From IMG/VR virus record IMGVR_UViG_3300001041_000018: 20,000 nucleotides of DNA; one strand, written 5' to 3'. The notes under the pieces are model-generated. The model had not been told where the DNA came from. It searched no databases and saw only the letters and a program-made list of their open reading frames with translations. The DNA comes from an uncultured virus (IMG/VR IMGVR_UViG_3300001041_000018). Its lineage: Duplodnaviria; Heunggongvirae; Uroviricota; Caudoviricetes. Numbering within the stretch: position 1 is the first letter of the stretch; every line of letters begins with the position of its first letter. A program made the translations under genes and the position numbers. Shown one piece after another: positions 8,801 to 15,404 of this stretch.

Positions 8801-9049
8801 AATATTTTTGGTGTCCTCAAATGAATCGTAGGCGGCTGCTCTAACAAAGTAGGTTCCAGCTTGAGATACTTTGTAAGTAAAAGTAGTTTCAGGCCCTGCG
8901 TTAATCTGAGTAGAAGCACTGGGTACAAAATCACCATTTACCAAGTCGTCCTGATGTACTGCATGAATGGTGTACCCAACAACATCCATTTCTACTGATG
9001 GTAAAAATGAAATAGTGAAGAATTTAATTCCAGCATTTAGTTCTATCAC
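5810..9049 (-). CDS. Central tail fibre/spike: N-terminal FN3 domains, Ala/Ile beta-helix-type repeats, C-terminal putative receptor-binding domain (gpJ C-terminal half / T5 pb4-like layout)
   Basis: GTG start with AAGGAG RBS. Three FN3-like units (YFVRAAAYD, YSVRVSAYDKWGNIS, YYVRAKAVDFSGNVS). Long 10-aa periodic ITASNIAAGA-type repeats. DRVILGN motif. Confidence 0.85.
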   Translation of the reverse strand: MIELNAGIKFFTISFLPSVEMDVVGYTIHAVHQDDLVNGDFVPSASTQINAGPETTFTYKVSQAGTYFVRAAAYDSFEDTKNINYSSLNWTPLYSVAVSSLDPLDLVAPDTPTGLTLDTGLDTTQAIQDTTFITATWSQPADPTVDLAGYSVQLKKGAEVDYIETAINGKDTLTTKFSGLVANTSYSVRVSAYDKWGNISAYSPWVAITTTKDETIPNDVVLSSVTSAFKNVFISWVASTDTDINYYQIDVATNSGFTVGLRSFNVTGTSLTVDAVSGSTYYVRAKAVDFSGNVSVNYSNVLNTTAALVSGIDIAALTLTASNIANGEIDLGGSKITGLLANANLAQITDATKIADSLIITSKIADAAILSTKLAAGAVDNTKIADGAISAAKVAASAIDATKTSIAAINSSTGNLNAGTVSASNLVANAVTATAIAASAVTAAKLSVAAIDPASGNLAANSVTAGTIAAGTIVAADIAADTITASNIAAGAIGATEIAAGAITAGKIAAGAIVAADIAADTITASNIAAGAITAAELSTNSVVAGKIAANTLTVGDGVMANAYITSALIANLAVGSAQIQDAAITNAKIGALAVGSAQIQDAAITNAKIGTLAVNTSNIVDAAISTAKIANLAVDVGKIADATITDAKIANATITSAKINDLSAGKITTGTLAATSVIAVGDDRVKIDGTNKRITVNDGTYDRVILGNTGAGSYGLVINNAAGQSIFHTDGNIDGTKIANLAVTGSVAVGGSVTIGGATLTFTAPNPAGIGAVAVDLSNAPTSILNSSVTADTLSVVKTDASNAPSSILNSSISISSTGVLSGGGGGTVTLSGLGYTIPTYNLITGGPPVTADNTSSILSNESGQVGTLTLNAALTINSLLTISGSAAGITSGLASYSSDGTGFWISKDTSNSRMRVGTVSGGVLTNGFVWDGTAFKVRGALNADDMTAGTLNVDDLVAPNSIINPESAYTPDAVIITTEADIQSVTIVATGKPILLTVSFQQLGGTSAQLRLKRTTSGVTTTLLGPNSQDGTHAGFVSFSIMDSPAAGTHIYSITGTNISVQYRSLVAIELKTSSLS
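7000..8110 (-). repeat. 10-aa (30-nt) periodic intragenic repeat tract with recent duplications
   Basis: 7224-7270 vs 7284-7330 match at 44/47 nt. 7464-7515 vs 7584-7635 match at 50/52 nt. Tract boundaries approximate. Confidence 0.85.
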
Positions 9050-9059
9050 AAATGCTCCT

Positions 9060-12000
9060 TTAGGTTAATATAGCAGGCGCTGGATTATTGACAGTAATAC
9101 TAACTGGTTTACTGGATCTACCTAGTCTATCGACAGCAACTACAATTATCGAAAATGATCTAGTAGGTCTGCCTGAGCCGTCCACATAGTTCTGCTCATA
9201 TTTGTAATCGTATGCCTCTGCATATACCTTTGTAGTGTGCCTAATCGAGCCGTCCGTGTTCTTAACGGTAATTTGGTACTCTCTAAGCCAACTGTCGGCG
9301 TTTTGAACGCCCAGAGGATTATCTGAGGCAATCGAGTTGAGCCCGAAGTCAGTAGCCGATGGCCTCTTCCAAGTGAACTTGGCGTCTTTGCCTACGAATT
9401 CAGAGTCGTTCCCTTGGCCTACCAACTGAAGCCCAGAGACTCCTTTAAGGAACTCCGTGTTTTCCACGTAGGGCGTGAGATGGAGGGAGGTATAGGGCTG
9501 CTTGGGATCTGCCAGAGCATCTGCTACGGTTTGCCTGGTCCCGTCTGAGTAAAGGGATATGCAGATGAAATCGTAGTCGCCTTCCTCAGAGATTTCCGGG
9601 ATGAACACGATTCCGGTTTTATCCACAGGAGTCAGTGAGTAATTACCTGCGATCCCGTAGTAGACGATGCAGCCTGTCCAGAGGAGGTTGTTTTGAACTG
9701 CGTAGTAAACCGTGGCTCCGGTCTTCAGGTTTCCTGTGGTATCCACGTAGATGGTCTCTTCAGCCACGACTGATGTGACAGAAGATTTCTCCACGGGAGG
9801 TAATTGGCTGAACGAAGGCATTGCCACGACCGGCATGTTAGTGACGTCATCCGAGTAAGCGTCTTCTAAGTATTCAACGGCTGTGACTTCGGTAAGCTCG
9901 TCTGAGTCCCTTTTAAGATTCAGAATCTTGAATGGTTTCACCGTGTTGGTGACTTGGCCCAAGATGTATGTTGCTCCGACTACAGGAGTGAAGTTCTGGG
10001 TTGCTCCCTCAGAATCCACGTAGGTCTTAGAAATATTCACTTCTGAATATGTCCCGTTAACCCCAGGCTCAACCACTCCGATTTCAACTGGAACCTTTCC
10101 TGCGTTCGAGATGCTGATTGCCAATTGGCCCCAGAGGTTATCTCCTTCAAGTAAGGTGTAGACGAAGGAATCACTCAAGGTGACCAGCCAGGAAGATCCG
10201 GCATCTTCCACTTCCTGAATAAGCCCACCCGAGCCCCATTGGGGTACGTCGTGTTGAACGCCTACCACGGAAAATACGGTGCTCATCAGGCCTTCCGTGC
10301 CGGTCTTAAAACTAACGATGGTCCCGGTGTTGCTCGCTACGTTCATCGTCCTAAACAAAAGATTTCTAACCTGGCGCTCGTCGGTGACCCCGATATAACT
10401 CAGGGTCTGCTTGCGTTCTTCTGTGGTTAAGTCACTTGCTTGGTACTCAGGAGTCTCAACCAAGAACGAATCTTGATCGTAGTCCTTGTCCTTGTTGTAA
10501 AAGCTAACCTCGTAAGTATTGGGGATCGCTCTGAGCGAAGCACAACTCTGCGAATAATCCTTGATGTTGCTCATGTTGAAAATCTGCGTGATGTTCTTCG
10601 GCTGGTCTACATCGAGGTAGACCATCCCATCTGCTTGGAAGAGCAACGCGTTCATCGAGGCGCAAATAACGTTGACCCATTCTCTCGCTGACTTGCTTTG
10701 GTCGATGACCAGGTTCAGCGAATACCTTACCCGAGGAAACACATCTTCATCATCGACCTCGTTGTAGGAGGCAGCAACCGTACCGTCCTCAAACAAATAT
10801 TGGTCGCAGTAGTAACTCATCTGCACTAGGTTAGCCAGAACCAGATTCTTCTTTTCCGGCTTAATACTAAAATGCTCGTTGAGGCCGTGAATCGGGTTGG
10901 TCAAGAGGTCCCAGAGGCACCAGATGGGGGAGTCGGTCCAGATGACGTTATCGGGGTCGGAATCGGTGCTCATGGTGCCATCCCAAGTGTCTTCCCAGTA
11001 GCGGATCGAGCGGTTGGTCAGAGGGTCGTACTTGCTGACGTAGCCTGTCGGCAGAGACACACAGGAGCCTTCGATGATCGACGTGATCGTGGGGAGGCTC
11101 CCTGAGATTTGATCCGTAGCTCTGATCCTGGCTCCTAATAGTGCGACCCAAGGGTAAGCCAAGCCTTCCGATGATATCTCTATAAGGTCGGCTAAGTAGA
11201 TGTCGTCTGAGATCGTAATGTCTGAAGCGTTCCTCGGGGTTACTCTAACGATCTTGATGTCGTAGTAGTCGATGCTGGGTAGGGTGATGGTTCTCGCTAC
11301 GGAGACTTCAGTTTTGGATGGCTTGTCAGTTTTGAAGTAGTCCCAATCCTTATCTTCTACCCCAGACTCTTTATTTGCCGCGAAGTTGTAGAGGCTCCAG
11401 TCAGTCGCATTGCTTTGTTTGGTGTAGACCTTAAATTGGACCTCGGCGTGCTCATTGCCGCTTTTCGAGTAGAAACCTAGCGCATTCAATCTAATTTTAA
11501 CAGATTCCACAGGAGTTTCTGTGGAGACTATGGCTCCAATGTTTTGGTTGTCAGGGTCTTCGTCAGGGATAAGCTGGTTGAAGCTAATTGAATTCTCTAT
11601 CTGGTTGAACCCCTTCATTACTGCTAAATTATCTAGGGTAGTTTCCGAAGTGTTAACGCTCACGTAATCAATTATCTTTGCATCTTCTGGTGTGTATACC
11701 GCAGTAAGTTCCAGTCGAGTTTTTACTACTAAATTACCAGAAAGAATACTTCCGAAATTGTGATTAACATAGTAACATACTCGGTTATCATAATTATAAA
11801 GTGAACTGGTAGTCTCATATAGTAAAATAGTCTCGTTGTAGTTGTATATACCTATGTGCGCGGTAAACGTACCTCCCCAGTAGGACACCGCGAAAGAGAC
11901 CTCATCTACATCTCCTGCGTTGGGTAATACAAATTTATGATAGGTACCATCAAAACTTGTATAGGGCACTTCCTCTAGGAACTTCACTTCCTTTGGTTGT

Positions 12001-12731
12001 ATGAGTGGGTTGTCCGAAGGAGGCAGATTAAACTGATTCCCCTTTCTATAGTAAAATGCTATGTCCTGAAAATTGTTTGCTTTACGCTCATTGATTTCGA
12101 AGCTGTCAGGCTCAATCTTATTTATTGGTCCTGCTGCAATACCAAGCAGGACATAAAGATAACTGTACTTGCCTAGAACATCCACGTAAGCGTTCAGGAC
12201 GTGCCCGCCAACCCGGTGCCTGCCGTAGACAATCGGGATCGGGGTTCCGGAGACCGTCGTATTCTTGATTCCAGAGAAGGTGTAGGTGGCTGAGGTGGAG
12301 TTGCCTGAGTCGAATGTAGGGAGCTTGGGGGAGCCGATTATTAAGTCGGCAGCACCTCCGATGGCTAGTGCTATAGCAAACTGATATACATAGGGATTCT
12401 TGATGGTCAAGGTGTTGACTGCTGCAATAACCACCGCAGCTAAAATCTGTAGCCCACCCTTCTCACCCTCAGGGACATCCCTACCAAACTCAATAACATC
12501 CTCAGCGCAAACAACCCGATGAAGGTCCTTCGGATCGAACAGGTATTCGCCGTTCAGTTTGATCGAGGTCTTCTCGGCTTCGGCGCCTTTATACACCGTG
12601 AGGAAAACCAGGAACTGCGGGAATTTACCAAAAAGGTCTTCTAAGGCATCAACCACGGTTGTGCCTGAGACTTCTACTTCATCCTGAAGCGAGGTGTAGC
12701 GAATCAGTTCTTTATCCAGAAGTATTTTCAC
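9060..12731 (-). CDS. Tail tip hub protein: lambda gpI-like (ubiquitin/MoaD-like N-terminus) fused to gpJ-like host-specificity/baseplate hub
   Basis: GTG start with AAGGA RBS. N-terminal beta-grasp-like segment ending PEGEKGG, hydrophobic helices, then the gpI-type motif YTFSGIKNTTVSGTPIPIVYGRHRVGG. gpJ-type motifs follow (IKIVRVT, YPWVAL, WTDSPIWCLWDLLTNPIHG, YCDQ, RYSLN), then C-terminal FN3-like domains. Confidence 0.9.
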   Translation of the reverse strand: MKILLDKELIRYTSLQDEVEVSGTTVVDALEDLFGKFPQFLVFLTVYKGAEAEKTSIKLNGEYLFDPKDLHRVVCAEDVIEFGRDVPEGEKGGLQILAAVVIAAVNTLTIKNPYVYQFAIALAIGGAADLIIGSPKLPTFDSGNSTSATYTFSGIKNTTVSGTPIPIVYGRHRVGGHVLNAYVDVLGKYSYLYVLLGIAAGPINKIEPDSFEINERKANNFQDIAFYYRKGNQFNLPPSDNPLIQPKEVKFLEEVPYTSFDGTYHKFVLPNAGDVDEVSFAVSYWGGTFTAHIGIYNYNETILLYETTSSLYNYDNRVCYYVNHNFGSILSGNLVVKTRLELTAVYTPEDAKIIDYVSVNTSETTLDNLAVMKGFNQIENSISFNQLIPDEDPDNQNIGAIVSTETPVESVKIRLNALGFYSKSGNEHAEVQFKVYTKQSNATDWSLYNFAANKESGVEDKDWDYFKTDKPSKTEVSVARTITLPSIDYYDIKIVRVTPRNASDITISDDIYLADLIEISSEGLAYPWVALLGARIRATDQISGSLPTITSIIEGSCVSLPTGYVSKYDPLTNRSIRYWEDTWDGTMSTDSDPDNVIWTDSPIWCLWDLLTNPIHGLNEHFSIKPEKKNLVLANLVQMSYYCDQYLFEDGTVAASYNEVDDEDVFPRVRYSLNLVIDQSKSAREWVNVICASMNALLFQADGMVYLDVDQPKNITQIFNMSNIKDYSQSCASLRAIPNTYEVSFYNKDKDYDQDSFLVETPEYQASDLTTEERKQTLSYIGVTDERQVRNLLFRTMNVASNTGTIVSFKTGTEGLMSTVFSVVGVQHDVPQWGSGGLIQEVEDAGSSWLVTLSDSFVYTLLEGDNLWGQLAISISNAGKVPVEIGVVEPGVNGTYSEVNISKTYVDSEGATQNFTPVVGATYILGQVTNTVKPFKILNLKRDSDELTEVTAVEYLEDAYSDDVTNMPVVAMPSFSQLPPVEKSSVTSVVAEETIYVDTTGNLKTGATVYYAVQNNLLWTGCIVYYGIAGNYSLTPVDKTGIVFIPEISEEGDYDFICISLYSDGTRQTVADALADPKQPYTSLHLTPYVENTEFLKGVSGLQLVGQGNDSEFVGKDAKFTWKRPSATDFGLNSIASDNPLGVQNADSWLREYQITVKNTDGSIRHTTKVYAEAYDYKYEQNYVDGSGRPTRSFSIIVVAVDRLGRSSKPVSITVNNPAPAILT

Positions 12732-12734
12732 GGT

Positions 12735-13109
12735 TCAGTCCTTTTTGTACCTGAGGACTGCACAAATCTTGTCAGCCCAAAACCCGCTAACGTGTGAATG
12801 ACAGGCAGTGCCTTTTAGAGTTGTGTGGAGGAAATCCCCTTTGTCGATTACGACGCCCAAATGAGTTGGGAGCCCTCGGTGTTTCAAAACCAGAACGTCG
12901 CCAAATTCAGGTAAACCAGAAATTTCAAAAAATCCAAATTCACTAGCTTTCAAGAAAATCAGATCCGGATCTGAGTCGTGCCAATTTTCCTCGTAGTCGA
13001 AGTCAGGGAGTTCAATTTGAAATTCATTTTCATAAAATTTCCTGACCAGGCTGAAGCAGTCCGACTTTTTATGGCAGTAGGGGATCTGAAGATAGGCTAA
13101 AAACCTCAC
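12735..13109 (-). CDS. NlpC/P60 family protein (lambda gpK C-terminal domain equivalent)
   Basis: PY...DCFSLVRKFY, GDVL, HLGV and FLH give a Cys-His-His triad. GTGA overlap with the upstream gene. Confidence 0.92.
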   Translation of the reverse strand: MRFLAYLQIPYCHKKSDCFSLVRKFYENEFQIELPDFDYEENWHDSDPDLIFLKASEFGFFEISGLPEFGDVLVLKHRGLPTHLGVVIDKGDFLHTTLKGTACHSHVSGFWADKICAVLRYKKD

Positions 13110-14071
13110 AGCCTGATCCTTCGAACTCCTGAGGGAACCCCAGGAAATCCACCGTATCGTTCGTGATTTCCTCTACCGATTTTCCCAATACCTGAAGTGC
13201 CTAAAGTAGAAACAGAAGCCAATTGAATACTAACCCCTTGATACACAATCCTTTTGTAGACCACTTTGTGCCCATCAGTCGTGGTCGAGGTAGGCTGGTT
13301 GGTTAGTGGAGAACCTTCAATAACTCCTTCGATTTCAAATACTTCCGATCCAATTGTTAGAAAATCGCCTGCACGCGGAGTCACCAGATTTGTGACAGTC
13401 GCTATAGAACTCCCTGCAGCAATCGTAGTACTTCCTGCATCAGCCACTTCAAATAAATGAAGCTTGCAGTCATCCAACGTCTTCTTGCAGGTTGCTAGAT
13501 TCCCAGAGTACATGCAGGTCCGGGGATCTTTGTACCTGAATCGACATACGTTGGAGTTGAAGGCAACCCGAGGAAGCCGAATATTGAAGTCAACAATCGG
13601 GTCCAGGTTGAAGACAATCGAGGTTTCGTTGGAGGTGTAGCTGTCCACCACGAAGGCGTCCTCGATGTAGGCTGTTGAATCCGGGCCTGGATCAGTGTTT
13701 GCCTGCGGAGTGACCGAGCCATCGGCCCCAAACGTGTAGGTAAAATCCGCGAAGGATTCATAGGTGGTTTTAACCGAGACTCTGGTTCCTCTCAAAGCTT
13801 TGAAGTCGTTCACGTAGTACTGAAAAACCCTACCTGGGTTCGCTACGGTCAGCGTGGCTTTGTCGATGGAGCCGTCAGAGGACATCGTAGTTCCGGAATA
13901 TTGAACCGGGAATTTAGAATAAACCACCGAACCGAACGAGATGTCGCAGTTGCTATCCACGATCCTTAAAGTAGGATTGTCAGGGATTTCAATTTCTATC
14001 AGATGAAGAAGTTTGCCTTGTGAAGATTCGGTGGTTTTCTTCTGGAAAAGCGGGTGATTAATCCGGGCCAT
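13106..14071 (-). CDS. Tail tip protein, lambda gpL-like (4-Cys Fe-S motif) with C-terminal insertion
   Basis: ATLTVAN motif, CRFRYK..C.Y......C.K...DC four-Cys cluster, terminal YGGFPG. Confidence 0.9.
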   Translation of the reverse strand: MARINHPLFQKKTTESSQGKLLHLIEIEIPDNPTLRIVDSNCDISFGSVVYSKFPVQYSGTTMSSDGSIDKATLTVANPGRVFQYYVNDFKALRGTRVSVKTTYESFADFTYTFGADGSVTPQANTDPGPDSTAYIEDAFVVDSYTSNETSIVFNLDPIVDFNIRLPRVAFNSNVCRFRYKDPRTCMYSGNLATCKKTLDDCKLHLFEVADAGSTTIAAGSSIATVTNLVTPRAGDFLTIGSEVFEIEGVIEGSPLTNQPTSTTTDGHKVVYKRIVYQGVSIQLASVSTLGTSGIGKIGRGNHERYGGFPGVPSGVRRIRL

Positions 14072-14399
14072 CTAAGTACCTCCAAGAGGTAGACGAAACA
14101 ATCAGCATCGCATAGACAGATTTCTTCATAAACTCCAAGTCCTTCTCCGAGGGCTCCGGTGAAGCTCCAGGATGAGTGTGGAAAAGGCACAGTACTCCAA
14201 GGCCTGAACGGGAGAGGGAATTCAGGGTCCGGAAGTACTGTGCTTGGTCCATCAGGAAGGAGTTGCTCGGGGTTTTGGAGATGTTGGGGATGAAGAAGAC
14301 TTCTTGGTTTGTGCTGATAATTCCGCAGATTTCTTTATTCGATTTGGTGCATTCTTTCTGAAGGTTTGATAGGACTTCAGGATCAACAGGAACTACCAC
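14058..14399 (-). CDS. JAB/MPN/Mov34 metalloprotease (lambda gpK N-terminal domain equivalent)
   Basis: EICG, N, and HTHPGASPEPSEKD give a complete E...HxH-x7-S-x2-D JAMM motif. Overlaps both neighbours. Confidence 0.93.
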   Translation of the reverse strand: MVVPVDPEVLSNLQKECTKSNKEICGIISTNQEVFFIPNISKTPSNSFLMDQAQYFRTLNSLSRSGLGVLCLFHTHPGASPEPSEKDLEFMKKSVYAMLIVSSTSWRYLDGPD

Positions 14400-14800
14400 G
14401 TCTGCTCCAGCTTAAACGAGAGCGTGTATATGGGACCTTTGGGTCCGTGCTCGATGTACTTTTTTTCGAGCGTGTCCGACTGGAAACGGACGTGGTATTT
14501 TGTTTTGGTCACTGGGTGCCACCAATCGAAAGAGGTGACAGAGCCATACATTTGAAGAAAGAAGGTCTCGATTGCTAGCGCCTGGTTCGCGTAGAGCGCC
14601 AGGTAGTTGCAATCCCAGACTTTTATGGGGTTGCTTTTTACCCTGCGCTGGGTATGTCCCGAATCCGCCTGAAAAGTGATTGAGGGAACCTTGATTGCCT
14701 CGGTTAATGGTCGGGCGGGATTGGGTAGTCTGTGGTCCGTCCCTGTGGTAGAGGGCAGACCAGCCGTTGTATAATTTGTAGGGAAAACTGGGGTTGGCAT
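14393..14800 (-). CDS. Distal tail protein (lambda gpM-like)
   Basis: GAGGAG RBS. DSGHTQR, IETFF, SFDWWHP and terminal LEQ motifs. First structural gene after the tape measure. Confidence 0.85.
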   Translation of the reverse strand: MPTPVFPTNYTTAGLPSTTGTDHRLPNPARPLTEAIKVPSITFQADSGHTQRRVKSNPIKVWDCNYLALYANQALAIETFFLQMYGSVTSFDWWHPVTKTKYHVRFQSDTLEKKYIEHGPKGPIYTLSFKLEQTW

Positions 14801-14868
14801 GGGTTCTCCTCAAGTAAGAAAAAAAGCTGCTTCACTATTGGTATAGGTTTGAAAAAGCCACTTATGTA

Positions 14869-15402
14869 TCAATTTTCTTGGAAAGAAATATGCCAATCTG
14901 AATTCAAATCCGTTTCTGAATACATCCGGTCAAAATAATATTCCCGGAACTCAGTAAATTGCTCAGGGTTATTAAATTTGAACGAGAACATCTTGTGGAA
15001 TTCTTTGTGGCACTGATCACATAAAGTGATCCCGTTGGTTAACTCGATTCTCAATTCAGGATGAGCGTGGTAGGAATAGAGGTGGTGGGCGGCTAACTTA
15101 TTTGGGTGCTCACAGAGGAAACAGGATTTCCCATCTCTTGATTTAATAGCACCTGCCCATTTCATGTGCTCGACGCCGCGTCCCTTCAAGGTCCCTTGCT
15201 TCATCAATTCGTGGAACCTTTCTCTTCGCTTACAACCGCAGGAGGTGGTGCTGCCTCTTTTCAGGCTAGCAGCACGCACCTCCTTAAAAGTCCCACAGTT
15301 ACACAGGCAGAGCCAGCAGGTTCTTCCGTTTTTATTTGGCGCTCTTTTAAGCACCAGAAGTCTGCCGAAGGTTTTATTTGTTAGATCCTCTGGAGTACGC
15401 AT
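14869..15402 (-). CDS. Free-standing HNH (homing-type) endonuclease
   Basis: N-terminal DLT..FGRL.V...WLC.C.CG...SCGC Cys-rich domain. C-terminal RD..CFLC...AHH...NGITLCDQCH..FH HNH domain. Starts 2 nt after the tape measure stop. Confidence 0.9.
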   Translation of the reverse strand: MRTPEDLTNKTFGRLLVLKRAPNKNGRTCWLCLCNCGTFKEVRAASLKRGSTTSCGCKRRERFHELMKQGTLKGRGVEHMKWAGAIKSRDGKSCFLCEHPNKLAAHHLYSYHAHPELRIELTNGITLCDQCHKEFHKMFSFKFNNPEQFTEFREYYFDRMYSETDLNSDWHISFQEN

Positions 15403-15404
15403 TA

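Noticed and set aside
4110..9049. Diversity-generating retroelement or invertible shufflon acting on the fibres
   Set aside because: No reverse transcriptase, invertase, adenine-specific TR/VR pair or inverted cassette seen. The repeats are direct and in-frame. Elements outside the window cannot be excluded.
14412..14813. 133-aa alternative-frame ORF over the distal tail gene
   Set aside because: No recognisable motifs. The 14393..14800 frame has the RBS and gpM-like motifs.
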